Shown here in pieces: positions 12,182 through 21,614 of a stretch of 64,000 nucleotides of DNA; the first letter of the stretch is position 1, and the number at the start of each line of letters is the position of its first letter. Source of the stretch: an uncultured Gemmatimonadaceae bacterium (GTDB lineage: Bacteria > Gemmatimonadota > Gemmatimonadetes > Gemmatimonadales > Gemmatimonadaceae). A model generated the notes under the pieces. It searched no databases. It saw nothing but the letters and a program-made list of their open reading frames with translations, and was not told where the DNA came from. The position numbers and the translations under genes were made by a program. The DNA lies in NCBI GenBank assembly GCA_963781585.1, contig CAWAGQ010000003.1:128001-192000 (forward strand), read 5' to 3'.

Positions 12182-12631
12182 TCAGGCAGCGCTGATGCGC
12201 GTCAGCACCTGCACGTGCGCGCGGCGCAGGACATCACGGGCATTTTCGTACGATACCAGCGTCACGGCTTCGTCGAACGGTGCCCAGCGGCAGTCCGTGA
12301 TGCCCTCGTCATGCTGCGGAGAGGTTCGGGCGCTTCCCGTCTCCATCAGAAAGAAGTGGCAAACCTTGTGCACCAGTTCTCCGCGAAACCGGAAGTACCA
12401 ATCCACGGTGTGGACCGCGCCGACCAACTGCAGCTCACCCAGCCCGGTCTCCTCGCGGACCTCACGCATCGCCGCGTCGCGGGGCTGCTCTCCGGTCTCG
12501 ACATGTCCCTTGGGGAAACCCCAGTTGTCGTAGCTGTCCCGGATGAGCAGGTAGAGAGCGTGGTCGTTCTCCCGGCGAACGACGATGCCGCCCGCCGACG
12601 TCTCCATCCGGGCACGAGCCGGAGTTGACAC
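12182..12631 (-). CDS. NUDIX hydrolase (Ap4A hydrolase-like)
   Basis: Nudix box WGFPKGHVETGEQPRDAAMREVREETGL. Confidence 0.92.
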   Translation of the reverse strand: MSTPARARMETSAGGIVVRRENDHALYLLIRDSYDNWGFPKGHVETGEQPRDAAMREVREETGLGELQLVGAVHTVDWYFRFRGELVHKVCHFFLMETGSARTSPQHDEGITDCRWAPFDEAVTLVSYENARDVLRRAHVQVLTRISAA

Positions 12632-12633
12632 CG

Positions 12634-13389
12634 TCAGGCTCCCAGCTTCGCGGTCACGTCGATGTCGGCGCGCCCTTCGACAAACTGCCGGACGACCGGG
12701 TCAGTGGATGTCCGGATCGAATCGACGTCACCGACCTCGCGGACCCTGCCCTCGTAGAGCATCGCGATTCGACTCCCCACGCGGTACGCACTGCGCATGT
12801 CGTGGGTGATGACGATGCTGGTGACGCCGAGCTTTTCACGCATGCGGATCATCAGCTCGTCGATGACGGCGCTGGTCACCGGGTCGAGCCCGGTCGTGGG
12901 CTCATCGTACAACAGATACTTGGGCCGAAGGGCAATGGCCCGCGCCAGGCCGACCCGCTTCCGCATGCCGCCCGACAGCTCGGCCGGATACCGTTCCTGC
13001 ACGTTAGGCAGGTCGACCAGTTCGAGGGTCTCGTGTACCCGCTCCTGGATCTCGTCCTCCGAGTGCCGGGCCTGCTTGCGGAGTCCCATGGCGACGTTCT
13101 CGCCGATCGTGAGCGAATCGAAGAGCGCGGCGAACTGGAACACGTAGCCGATGTGGGTGCGCAGCTCGTACAGATCGCGGCGCTTCAGTCTGGGTACTTC
13201 CAGGTCGTCGACGAAGACGGTGCCCCGGTCGGGCGTGAGGAGCCCCACGATATGCTTGATGGCGACCGATTTGCCCGATCCCGAGTATCCGATGATCACC
13301 ATCGTCTCGCCTTCGGCCACGTCGAGGGTGAAGCCGGACAAGACCTTTTTCGCGCCAAAGGACTTGTGGATGTCGACGAGCTGGATCAC
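12634..13389 (-). CDS. mlaF: ABC transporter ATP-binding protein, MlaF/Mkl family
   Basis: GYSGSGKS, FQFAALFDSLT, LSGGMRKRVGLARA, YDEPTTGLDP, THD. Confidence 0.85.
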   Translation of the reverse strand: MIQLVDIHKSFGAKKVLSGFTLDVAEGETMVIIGYSGSGKSVAIKHIVGLLTPDRGTVFVDDLEVPRLKRRDLYELRTHIGYVFQFAALFDSLTIGENVAMGLRKQARHSEDEIQERVHETLELVDLPNVQERYPAELSGGMRKRVGLARAIALRPKYLLYDEPTTGLDPVTSAVIDELMIRMREKLGVTSIVITHDMRSAYRVGSRIAMLYEGRVREVGDVDSIRTSTDPVVRQFVEGRADIDVTAKLGA

Positions 13390-13654
13390 GGGATGGCGGG
13401 TCGGGGGTCCGAGCAGGCCGAAGGCCCGGGGCGAGCCCGGATGTGGCCGGGGCGAACGCCTGCAATCAACAGCACGATTGTGACATCCGGAAGGGCTCTA
13501 CTGTGGTGTTCCTGTCTGGACCTGCGCGGGGGCCGATCCGGGGCCAGGCGTTCAACGCGGTGCGCCCGGCGGCTTGATCGCGGAGCCAGGCGACCGGGCG
13601 ACGCTGATCATCAGGTCACCGGGGCCGTTTGCTGGCCCCGGTTGCGCGCGACGA

Positions 13655-13687
13655 CACAGGGGTCCGGCTGTTCACCGGACCCCTGTG
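13655..13687. terminator. 13-bp stem hairpin downstream of the sigma factor gene
   Basis: CACAGGGGTCCGG-N7-CCGGACCCCTGTG; a second hairpin lies at about 13619-13641. Confidence 0.55.
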
Positions 13688-13726
13688 ACACGACCGACGT
13701 TCGCGAGCGGGTCGACGAAGGGTTCG

Positions 13727-14683
13727 TTAGGCGGCAAAACTGCTCAGCGCCCGGCCAACGTCGCCCTCGCGGAGGCGCTTCAGCGCCCGATCGCGCAACT
13801 GCCGCACGCGCTCGCGGGTGACACCCAGCATCGACCCGATTTCCTCGAGCGTGTGCTCGCGACCGCCCTCGAGTCCGAAATACAGCCGAAGGACTTTCGC
13901 GTCACGCGGAGGCAGCGTGCCGAGGGCGAGCTCGATCTCGTCGGTGAGGAAGCGATTCATCGCTTCCTCCTCGGTGTCGGGCATCTCGTCGGCGACGAAT
14001 CGCTCGATGAGGGAGCGGTCGCCTTCCGGATCCATCGGGGCGTCGAGGCGCACGTCACCGGTGTTGAGAGCCGCCAGCGACTGCACGACGTCCACCGAGA
14101 GTCCGGTGAGGTGCGCCAGCTCCTCGGGGCTGGGCTCTCGACGCAACTTCTGACGCAGAATCTCCGACGCCTTGATGATGCGCGACAGGTCCGCCGTGCG
14201 ATTCAGCGGCACGCGGACGGTGCGTCCCTGACGGGCCAGCGAGGAAAGAATCGCCTGCCGAATCCACCACACCGCGTACGAGATGAACTTCACGCCCTGA
14301 TCCGGATCGAACTTCCGCGCGGCGGTCAACAGTCCCACGTTCCCCTCCCCAATGAGATCAATGAGGGGGAGACCTCGATTCTGGTACTTCTTGGCCACCG
14401 AAATCACGAATCGCAGATTCCGCTTCACGAGCTCCTGAAGCGAATCCTGATCACCGGCACGAATGCGCCTGGCAAGCGCGATCTCCTCCACTGGCTTGAG
14501 GAGGGGATAGGTACTGACCTCGTAGAGGTATTGATCAAGAATGTCGCGCTCCGGTTCGCTGGGCGCGATCCCCGGTGGGGCGGCGCGGCGGCGACGGCGC
14601 TTTACTTCGGGCATGTCGGGAAGTCCTCGGCTCCCAATGGGAGTGTTTGAATGGGGCGAGAGCGGCGGAGCTGAGCCACTCAT
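13727..14683 (-). CDS. RNA polymerase sigma70-family factor (RpoD/RpoS-like, no region 1.1); the start may be 14614
   Basis: NLRFVISVAKKY, DLIGEGNVGL, KFISYAVWWIRQ, region 4 TLEEIG...VTRERVRQ. Confidence 0.93.
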   Translation of the reverse strand: MSGSAPPLSPHSNTPIGSRGLPDMPEVKRRRRRAAPPGIAPSEPERDILDQYLYEVSTYPLLKPVEEIALARRIRAGDQDSLQELVKRNLRFVISVAKKYQNRGLPLIDLIGEGNVGLLTAARKFDPDQGVKFISYAVWWIRQAILSSLARQGRTVRVPLNRTADLSRIIKASEILRQKLRREPSPEELAHLTGLSVDVVQSLAALNTGDVRLDAPMDPEGDRSLIERFVADEMPDTEEEAMNRFLTDEIELALGTLPPRDAKVLRLYFGLEGGREHTLEEIGSMLGVTRERVRQLRDRALKRLREGDVGRALSSFAA

Positions 14684-14794
14684 TAAATGGTCAACTCAAT
14701 CGAATCCGCGGCGTTTGGGGTCGGACTGGTTCCGGGAGCCGGAAAAGGTGCTGCAAAAATAGTGCACGCAACGTGTTTCGCCAGTGTGATTTGC

Positions 14795-14823
14795 TTGACT
14801 TCGACAGTACCCCCGGATACTCT
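14795..14823 (+). promoter_or_regulatory. sigma70-type promoter for the tRNA-Ala/Gly/Val cluster
   Basis: TTGACT-N17-TACTCT, 40 nt upstream of tRNA-Ala. Confidence 0.65.
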
Positions 14824-14862
14824 TTGCGGTTCCTGAAAGGCGGCCTGTCCGGCTGCCAGCCT

Positions 14863-14935
14863 GGGGGCGTAGCTCAGTTGGGAGAGCGCGTGAATGGCAT
14901 TCACGAGGTCAGGGGTTCGATCCCCCTCGCCTCCA
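14863..14935 (+). tRNA. tRNA-Ala(GGC)
   Basis: Cloverleaf GGGGGCG...CGCCTCCA; anticodon arm CGTGA-ATGGCAT-TCACG; TTCGATC T-loop. CCA not encoded. Confidence 0.97.
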
Positions 14936-14994
14936 TCAGGCCACCCGGCGCCACGAGGCAGCGCAGTTGGAGATGCGAGCGGGGGCCGTCGCAT

Positions 14995-15067
14995 GCGGGA
15001 ATAGCTCAGTTGGTAGAGCACAACCTTGCCAAGGTTGGGGTCGCGGGTTCGAGTCCCGTTTCCCGCT
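14995..15067 (+). tRNA. tRNA-Gly(GCC)
   Basis: GCGGGAA...TTCCCGCT; anticodon arm CAACC-TTGCCAA-GGTTG. Confidence 0.97.
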
Positions 15068-15221
15068 CTGAGTGCCGCCGCTACACTGGAAAAGAGTACC
15101 TGAATGAGTGATATCGAGCGGGCCTCCTGCCATACGTGGTCTAATGGCTGATTGGTTCAGCACGCCGGGACCGTAGTCTGGAGGGCAGCCGACCCGCCGG
15201 TGACGGTGGGAGGGCGACACG

Positions 15222-15295
15222 GGGCGGTTAGCTCAGTTGGTTAGAGCGCCACGTTGACATCGTGGAGGTCACAAGTTCGAGTCTTGTACCGCCCA
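15222..15295 (+). tRNA. tRNA-Val(GAC)
   Basis: GGGCGGT...ACCGCCCA; anticodon arm CCACG-TTGACAT-CGTGG. Confidence 0.97.
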
Positions 15296-15427
15296 TCTGC
15301 GAGACCCGAGGGCCGGATCGCGTTCGGCGCGACGCTCGGCGATCCTGCACGACACGCAATCCAGGATCCTGAGCAAATGACTGTACGGCAACGACTTGTG
15401 ACATTTCATTGCCGCGCGCCCGATGGC

Positions 15428-15457
15428 TTGACGATGCTGCGAGGGTCCTCTTAGCTT
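15428..15457 (+). promoter_or_regulatory. Possible sigma70 promoter for the tRNA-Arg/Pro pair
   Basis: TTGACG-N18-TAGCTT. Confidence 0.45.
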
Positions 15458-15547
15458 GCGCCGGCCGCGGCGGCGGGGAGGGTCAGGGCAAGCAAACCGT
15501 CACTGCGGTCAGGTGGCCTCTGTGCATGTCGCTCAGATGGCCCCGTT

Positions 15548-15621
15548 GCGCCCTTAGCTCAATTGGATAGAGCATCTGACTACGGATCAGAAGGTTGGGA
15601 GTTCGAGTCTCTCAGGGCGCG
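15548..15621 (+). tRNA. tRNA-Arg(ACG)
   Basis: GCGCCCT...AGGGCGCG; anticodon arm TCTGA-CTACGGA-TCAGA. Confidence 0.97.
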
Positions 15622-15654
15622 TGGAGGCAGCTGATGAAGGTTGGATCCGGGATT

Positions 15655-15728
15655 CGGGGCGTAGCTTAGCCCGGTAGAGCGCCTGCTTCGGGAGCAGGAG
15701 GTCGCTGGTTCAAATCCAGTCGCCCCGA
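15655..15728 (+). tRNA. tRNA-Pro(CGG)
   Basis: CGGGGCG...CGCCCCGA; anticodon arm CCTGC-TTCGGGA-GCAGG; TTCAAAT T-loop. Confidence 0.97.
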
Positions 15729-15755
15729 CTGACGAGCGCGCGACGCTTTCCGCGC

Positions 15756-15789
15756 GCAGACGCCCCGCGAGATGCGGGGCGTCTGCTTT
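15756..15789 (+). terminator. Intrinsic terminator between tRNA-Pro and the convergent flgM-like operon
   Basis: GCAGACGCCCCGC-GAGAT-GCGGGGCGTCTGC-TTT. Confidence 0.75.
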
Positions 15790-16028
15790 CACCGCGGCGT
15801 CCTGGCCATCTGTTCCCAGACCGGCCCGGCGGCAGGACGGACCTCGGGGGCTTCGCCTAACGAGCCCAGCGCACCGTTCCGACCTGCTGTGATCCCAAAA
15901 TCGCGCAGGACGCGCTCCATCTGACGGAGCATTGCTTCCGAATCCAGCAGCAGGTCGGTCATCGGCCTGTGCATCGCGCGCCCGGGGTCCGCGAAGGATG
16001 CGCGGAGCGGGTCAGAGATCACCGACAT
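15789..16028 (-). CDS. Small hypothetical protein coupled to the flgM-like gene (possibly a truncated remnant)
   Basis: ATG at 16028 overlaps the end of the upstream ORF; helical segment TDLLLDSEAMLRQMERVLRDF. Confidence 0.4.
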   Translation of the reverse strand: MSVISDPLRASFADPGRAMHRPMTDLLLDSEAMLRQMERVLRDFGITAGRNGALGSLGEAPEVRPAAGPVWEQMARTPR

Positions 16029-16314
16029 CGAGAATGCGCCACGCCACAACGGCCATCACGGCGTCCGACTCATATAGGCCCGCTGCGAGCCGCTGGCGGA
16101 TCAATCCCAGCCGGTCGGCCGCATCGCGCGCGACGGGACAGAGCGCGCCCGACTCCGCGGTCCGACGCTGCGAACCATCCGCCAGCACGTACGGATCGAT
16201 CTCGCACCGTGTCTCATTCGCGCTCTCGACTTCATTGCAACCGGGGAACCTGTCCCGGCCGGGCACTTCGAGTGGCCGTGAAGAGTGTTCGCGGTCGGCA
16301 GGCGGGAAAGTCAT
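16012..16314 (-). CDS. FlgM-like anti-sigma28 factor
   Basis: Strong RBS GGAGGA. Disordered N-terminus and C-terminal DRLGLIRQRLAAGLYESDAVMAVVAWRIL resembling the FlgM sigma-binding helix. Preceded by a sigma28 promoter. Confidence 0.7.
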   Translation of the reverse strand: MTFPPADREHSSRPLEVPGRDRFPGCNEVESANETRCEIDPYVLADGSQRRTAESGALCPVARDAADRLGLIRQRLAAGLYESDAVMAVVAWRILDVGDL

Positions 16315-16335
16315 TGTATTCCTCCTCCACCCTTC

Positions 16336-16362
16336 TTATCGGCACGGCTTTCTCGTGAGTTA
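16336..16362 (-). promoter_or_regulatory. sigma28 (FliA) promoter
   Basis: The minus strand reads TAAC-N15-GCCGATAA (consensus TAAA-N15-GCCGATAA), 21 nt before the flgM-like ATG. Confidence 0.8.
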
Positions 16363-16580
16363 AGCGCTCGCAGCCGTTGAATGCCGGGCTGCCAGAGGGC
16401 ACTAATTCGTGCGAGGAGCGACTAGCGCAAGTCGTTGCGGCATAGACGAATCCACCGCCGCCGCGGCGGACCATCCCGGTCGGTTGCGAGGAGCGAGCCG
16501 GAGCGTCAAATGGGAAGGAATTGCCGAGCTCAGGCATCCCGCGACGCCGGATTCTCTCTTAAACAGGCGGCACTCACGGC

Positions 16581-18014
16581 ATGGCGAACATTTTGTGCGT
16601 CGACGACGAGTCGTCGATCGGACTGATCCTCGAGGACACCCTTACGCGTGCGGGTCACCACGCGATCGGCGCGCGGAATGTCGCGGAAGCCATGCAGGTT
16701 CTCTCGCGCGAGACGGTAGACCTGATCATCTCGGACTATCGCATGCCGGGACTGACGGGTCTGGAGTTCCTGGCCCTGCTGCAGGGCGAAGGCGTCGACA
16801 TTCCGCTCATCATGGTCACCGGGTACGGCAGCATCGAGCACGCGGTTGCGGCCATCAAGGCCGGGGCGATCGACTACATCACGAAGCCCATCCGCACGCA
16901 GCAACTGGAGTTGGCGGTGGAGCAGGCGTTGGAGTTTGTGCGGCTCAGGCGTGAGAACGACGCGTTGCGTCGTGAAGTGACCGAGTTGCGCAACGAGCGA
17001 CAGATCATCGGCGAGAGCGCCGCCATGCGCGGCATACTCCAGACGATCGCGATGGTGGCGCCAACTCGCGCCACGGTACTGCTGCAGGGCGAAAGCGGGA
17101 CGGGAAAGGAGCTTCTGGCTCGGGCCATCCACGATCTCAGTGACCGGCGAGACCGACCCTTCATCAAGCTCAATTGCGCCGCGCTGCCCGAGGGATTGAT
17201 CGAGAGCGCCCTGTTCGGACATGAGCGCGGGGCCTTTACCGGCGCCGTGAGGCGCGTGGAGGGGGCATTCGAACGCGCGCACGGGGGCACGTTGCTTCTG
17301 GACGAGATCTCGGAGATGAGGCTCGACATGCAATCGAAGCTGCTGCGCGTTCTGCAGGAGCAGGAGTTCGAGCGCGTGGGAGGAACATCTCCGATTCGCG
17401 TGGACGTGCGGATCATCGCAACCACGAATCGCGACCTGGTGGCCGAAGCGGCGGCCGGGAGCTTCCGCCAGGACCTGTACTACCGACTGGCGGTGGTGCC
17501 GATCGTCATCTCGCCTCTGCGGGATCGGCAGGAAGACATTCCCCAGCTCGCGCTGCGGTTTGCGATGCGCGCCGCCGCCGATACCGGGAAGCAGATCTCC
17601 GGGATTTCCCCCGAAGCCCTTGACCTGCTGTTGCGCTACCCCTGGCCAGGAAACGTGCGCGAGTTGCAGCACGCCGTGGAGCGCGCGGTCATCCTGAGCC
17701 ATGAGCCGGTGCTTCTGCCGCGCCACTTCGAGGCACAGCAGGGAGGTTCGGCGAACCCGCTTGCCCAGCAGACGCAGGCAACGGTCTCGCCGCAGGAGGA
17801 TGCCCCCGGTGCGCAGACGTTCGTGGCTCCGCCGGGCAGTGTCGTGCTCCACTCTCTGAATGTCGACGACGCCGAACGCGTCCTGATCAAACGGGCGCTC
17901 GAGGTGACGCACAACAATCGCACTCGTGCCGCAGAGTTGCTGGGTATTTCCGTGCGGACGCTCAGAAACAAGCTCAACGTGCGACACGTGGTGGCCGAGA
18001 CCTCAACGGCGTAA
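16581..18014 (+). CDS. sigma54-dependent response regulator (NtrC/FleR-like: REC, AAA+, Fis HTH)
   Basis: REC domain with DD/D/K residues; GESGTGKE; GAFTGA; LLLDEISEM; WPGNVREL; NRTRAAELLGISVRTLRNKL. Confidence 0.95.
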   Translation: MANILCVDDESSIGLILEDTLTRAGHHAIGARNVAEAMQVLSRETVDLIISDYRMPGLTGLEFLALLQGEGVDIPLIMVTGYGSIEHAVAAIKAGAIDYITKPIRTQQLELAVEQALEFVRLRRENDALRREVTELRNERQIIGESAAMRGILQTIAMVAPTRATVLLQGESGTGKELLARAIHDLSDRRDRPFIKLNCAALPEGLIESALFGHERGAFTGAVRRVEGAFERAHGGTLLLDEISEMRLDMQSKLLRVLQEQEFERVGGTSPIRVDVRIIATTNRDLVAEAAAGSFRQDLYYRLAVVPIVISPLRDRQEDIPQLALRFAMRAAADTGKQISGISPEALDLLLRYPWPGNVRELQHAVERAVILSHEPVLLPRHFEAQQGGSANPLAQQTQATVSPQEDAPGAQTFVAPPGSVVLHSLNVDDAERVLIKRALEVTHNNRTRAAELLGISVRTLRNKLNVRHVVAETSTA

Positions 18015-18169
18015 GGGAAGAAAGGACCGTCAACGCTCGGAAGAGATTTCCCCGGCGGACGAATTCTGCCGGCATCAACAGGAGATCTGCTGGAGTAGGA
18101 TCGGGGCGATCGAAGAATGTGACGCGATTCGTAAGTGATAGAGGCGAGCTAACTTGAGTGCTTTCCACG

Positions 18170-18202
18170 GAGGGCCGGGCGACAGTCGCCGGGCCCTCTT
18201 TT
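18170..18202 (+). terminator. Intrinsic terminator after the sigma54 regulator
   Basis: GAGGGCCGGGCGA-CAG-TCGCCGGGCCCTC-TTTT (one mismatch). Confidence 0.65.
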
Positions 18203-18216
18203 CGTTGGGGAAACCG

Positions 18217-18233
18217 TTGGTGCGAGCGTTGCT
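18217..18233 (+). promoter_or_regulatory. Putative sigma54 (-24/-12) promoter for fliA-flgN
   Basis: TTGGTGCGAGCGTTGCT: GG-N10-GC with TTGC at -12, immediately after the terminator and about 110 nt before the fliA ATG. Confidence 0.55.
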
Positions 18234-18343
18234 TTTGGATGAGGTCGGCGCGCTGGGCGTGTGCCCAGTGCGCGGGCATCGGAGCAGGTCGACCGGTGCG
18301 TGGGCGAACAGTGGCCGGACCTCCTTGCTGGAGCATCACTCGC

Positions 18344-19102
18344 ATGACGATCGATTCTGTCTGGGCCGCCTTTGCACAGGGCGACGATGCCGCACGGGAC
18401 ACGTTGCTGCGTGAGCACCTGAATCTGGTTCACCACGTGGCGCGGCAGCTCGCAAGAACCCTCTCTGCTGCTGTCGAGTGCGACGAGCTCGTGGGCTGTG
18501 GCGTGATTGGCCTGATGAACGCACTCAATGCGTTCCAGCCGTCGCGGGGCGTTGCGTTCAGCACCTTTGCGGTGCCGCGCATTCGGGGCGCGATCCTCGA
18601 CGAGCTGCGTCGCCAGGATATCGTGCCTCGGTCGGTGCGGCGGAGGAAGCGGGAGGTGGCAAGAGCGAGAGAGTCACTGTCTCACAGGCTGCTCCGCCAG
18701 CCCAGCGAGCGGGAAGTCGCCGGAACCCTGTGCATCGACGTCGACACCCTCTGGAGATGGCGCGCGGACCATGAGTCGTTCGTGGAGGTCTCGCTGGATG
18801 AAGGCGTGGGCGACGACGCCAGGGACCGCGGTCTCACGCTCGAGTCGGTCACTCCCGACTCAAGCGAAGCGGTCGACGAGGTCCTCCATCGAGAGGAACA
18901 CCACGCTCTCCTGCGCGAAGCGATTGGTGAGTTGAAGGAACAGGAACGGGTGGTGCTCACGCTCTACTACTTCGAGGAATTGAAACTGCATGAGATTGCC
19001 GAGATTCTGGGGGTGACGGAGTCCCGGGTCTCGCAGGTGCGGACGAAGGCGCTGGCGCGGCTGCGCACCCAGCTCGCCTCGCGGCAGATGGCCGTGGCGT
19101 GA
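18344..19102 (+). CDS. fliA: RNA polymerase sigma28 factor, FliA/WhiG family
   Basis: FSTFAVPRIRGAILDELRRQDIVPRSVR; LTLYYFEELKLHEIAEILGVTESRVSQ. Start taken at MTIDSVW after GGAG. Confidence 0.92.
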   Translation: MTIDSVWAAFAQGDDAARDTLLREHLNLVHHVARQLARTLSAAVECDELVGCGVIGLMNALNAFQPSRGVAFSTFAVPRIRGAILDELRRQDIVPRSVRRRKREVARARESLSHRLLRQPSEREVAGTLCIDVDTLWRWRADHESFVEVSLDEGVGDDARDRGLTLESVTPDSSEAVDEVLHREEHHALLREAIGELKEQERVVLTLYYFEELKLHEIAEILGVTESRVSQVRTKALARLRTQLASRQMAVA

Positions 19103-19584
19103 CGCACTCAGGGGCAGGCGCGCAGGGCGCCAGCCGATCGCACCGCACCTGGCCCCGCGGGGCGCGCCTCGGGACGAGCCGCCTCGGCGCAGAAACCCGC
19201 GGGACCTCGCGGGAGGTACTGCTGCTCGGGCTGCTGGACGCGCTCCAAAGTGAGCGCCGCCTGCTCGAGGCGGCAGCCGGTGTGCTGGTGCGGCAGCGCG
19301 GCGCGTTGCTTGCCTCGGCCGCCGACGAGATCCGTGACTGCACATATGCGGCGCAACGGGTGCTGCTTACGTTAGGCGAGGCGCGCAAGTGGCGCCGGGT
19401 AATCGCCGAGCGACTGGGCGCCGCAGACCTGCCGGTGCCGTGCCTGCCGGACCGACTCGCGCTCCCGCCGGACGATGAGGTGACGGTGGCGGTCCGTGAG
19501 GCGGAGGATGCCGCGCGCCGACTGGCGGACGACGTGACCGAGAACCGTCGGACACTTCGACTGGTCGTTGCGTCAGCGGAGTAG
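19099..19584 (+). CDS. FlgN-like flagellar export chaperone
   Basis: GTGA overlap with fliA. All-helical L..L..ERRLL...L..QR.AL...ENRR.L pattern typical of FlgN. Confidence 0.6.
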   Translation: MTHSGAGAQGASRSHRTWPRGARLGTSRLGAETRGTSREVLLLGLLDALQSERRLLEAAAGVLVRQRGALLASAADEIRDCTYAAQRVLLTLGEARKWRRVIAERLGAADLPVPCLPDRLALPPDDEVTVAVREAEDAARRLADDVTENRRTLRLVVASAE

Positions 19585-19673
19585 CCGCCCGCGCACACGC
19601 TTGTCTGGCCGCACCGCGGCAGTTAGTCTTTGCCCACGGCGCGCCGGGGCCCCCCCGGGACGAGGACGCCGAT

Positions 19674-19747
19674 GCGCGAGTAGCTCAGCTGGATAGAGCG
19701 TCGGCCTCCGGAGCCGAAGGTCGTGGGTTCGAATCCCGCCTCGCGCG
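19674..19747 (+). tRNA. tRNA-Arg(CCG)
   Basis: GCGCGAG...CTCGCGCG; anticodon arm TCGGC-CTCCGGA-GCCGA. Confidence 0.97.
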
Positions 19748-19887
19748 CTTCAGGACCGCAACGCCTTTCCCCTCCGCGCGCATTCGCCGCACGGCCGGAC
19801 CGATGTTCCTTCGCGCCTGAGCATCCCGCGCAGCACCCTCCCCTGTCTCCGTACGCGCGCCCCCGTTCCGCCATTCGCAGCGCCACC

Positions 19888-21132
19888 GTGGACATAGCCG
19901 AGCTGAAACAGAAGTCGGTCCCCGAGCTGCTCGAACTCGCCGCCAGCCTCAACATCCCCAATACATCGGGGCTGCGGAAGCAGGACCTCATCTATCGCAT
20001 CGAGCAGCAACTGCTCGATGCGTCTACCGCTTTGCACGGCGAAGGCGTGCTGGAGATTCTGCCGGAGGGTTACGGGTTTCTGCGAAGCCAGGACTGGAAC
20101 TACCTCGCTGGCCCCGACGACATCTACGTATCGCCCTCGCAGATCAAACGCTTCAGCCTGCGCACCGGCGACACCATCCGGGGTGAGGTGCGGCCACCGA
20201 AGCCATGGGAACGCTATCTGGCACTGCTCAAGATCGAGACGATCAATTTCCTGACACCTGACCTGGATGCGCCGCGGCCGATCTTCGACAACCTGCGGCC
20301 GGTCTATCCCGACGCGCGGCTGCACCTCGAGAACGGCGACCTGAACATGCGGATCGTGGATCTGGTGGCGCCAATCGGGAAGGGACAGCGCGGGCTGATC
20401 ACGGCGCCACCGCGCGCCGGAAAGACCATCCTGCTCCAGAAAATGGCCAATTCAATTTCGGAGAATCATCCCGAGGTCACGCTGATCGTGCTGTTGATCG
20501 ACGAGCGCCCGGAAGAAGTCACGGACTTCCGCGAAAACGTTCCGGGGGCGGAAGTCATCAGCTCGACGTTCGACGAACCACCGGAGCGTCACGTGCAGGT
20601 CGCCGAGATGGTGATCGAGAAGTCGAAGCGTCTGGTGGAGGTGGGGAAGGACGTGGTGATCCTGCTGGACTCCATCACCCGACTGGCGCGCGCCCACAAT
20701 GCCGTCCTGCCGCAATCGGGGAGAATCCTGTCCGGTGGCCTCGATGCGCAGGCGATGCAGAAGCCCAAGCGCTTCTTCGGCTCGGCCCGGAAGATCGAGG
20801 GCGGTGGCTCCCTGACGATCGTCGCCACCGCACTCATCGAGACAGGCTCGCGTATGGACGAGGTGATCTTCGAGGAGTTCAAGGGTACGGGGAACATGGA
20901 GCTGGTGCTGAGCCGGGACATCGCGAACCGACGGATCTTCCCGGCGATCGATATCAACAAGTCCGGCACGCGGCACGAGGAACTGCTGCTCGATCAGGAG
21001 GAGCGCAACCGGGTGTATCTTCTCCGTACCTTTCTCGCGGATATGCCATCGGAAGACGCGGTGGTTTTTCTGGTGAAGCAGATGCAGCGCACGAAGACGA
21101 ACCGGGAATTCTTCCAGGCGATGGCGACGTGA
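19888..21132 (+). CDS. rho: Transcription termination factor Rho
   Basis: [54 protein letters not shown] start at 19888. Confidence 0.98.
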   Translation: MDIAELKQKSVPELLELAASLNIPNTSGLRKQDLIYRIEQQLLDASTALHGEGVLEILPEGYGFLRSQDWNYLAGPDDIYVSPSQIKRFSLRTGDTIRGEVRPPKPWERYLALLKIETINFLTPDLDAPRPIFDNLRPVYPDARLHLENGDLNMRIVDLVAPIGKGQRGLITAPPRAGKTILLQKMANSISENHPEVTLIVLLIDERPEEVTDFRENVPGAEVISSTFDEPPERHVQVAEMVIEKSKRLVEVGKDVVILLDSITRLARAHNAVLPQSGRILSGGLDAQAMQKPKRFFGSARKIEGGGSLTIVATALIETGSRMDEVIFEEFKGTGNMELVLSRDIANRRIFPAIDINKSGTRHEELLLDQEERNRVYLLRTFLADMPSEDAVVFLVKQMQRTKTNREFFQAMAT

Positions 21133-21605
21133 CCCACGCGTCAGGTGAGACGCGCGTTGGGGCGACGCCCGGCGACGCCGGCGGCGGGACTGGTCGGGTT
21201 CTCGCGGTCGATCTGGGTGATCGACGGATCGGCCTGGCGATCAGTGATCCGACGGGTACCATCGCCTCACCCAGCGGTCACATCGTTCGCCGCGCCGGCA
21301 AGCGGGTACCGGTGGCGGCGATTCTCGATCGCGCCAAGGAGCTTGGCGCGACGGCGTTCGTGGTCGGCCTGCCTCTGGACGAGGACGGGAACGACACACC
21401 GCGCGCGGCCGAGGCCCGGGAACTTGCCGCGGCGATCGAGAGCCGCACCGGACGTCCCGTGCGACTGCACGACGAGCGCTTCACGACCGCCGCGGCGCTA
21501 CGGGCAATCCGGGAGATGGGAGGCCGGACTCGCGGTCGCAGGGGCGACGTGGACGCGCTCGCCGCCACGGTGTTGTTACAGCACGCACTCTCGATGACTC
21601 GCTAG
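21129..21605 (+). CDS. ruvX: RuvX/YqgF (pre-16S rRNA nuclease)
   Basis: [38 protein letters not shown]. Confidence 0.95.
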   Translation: MTHASGETRVGATPGDAGGGTGRVLAVDLGDRRIGLAISDPTGTIASPSGHIVRRAGKRVPVAAILDRAKELGATAFVVGLPLDEDGNDTPRAAEARELAAAIESRTGRPVRLHDERFTTAAALRAIREMGGRTRGRRGDVDALAATVLLQHALSMTR

Positions 21606-21614
21606 GAAGGAAGG

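Noticed and set aside
15068..15221. Possible extra tRNA between tRNA-Gly and tRNA-Val
   Set aside because: No T-arm (GTTCRA stem-loop) and no acceptor stem can be formed.
15729..19673. Integrated element between tRNA-Pro and tRNA-Arg
   Set aside because: No integrase and no duplicated tRNA 3' end were seen; composition and octamer content match the host.
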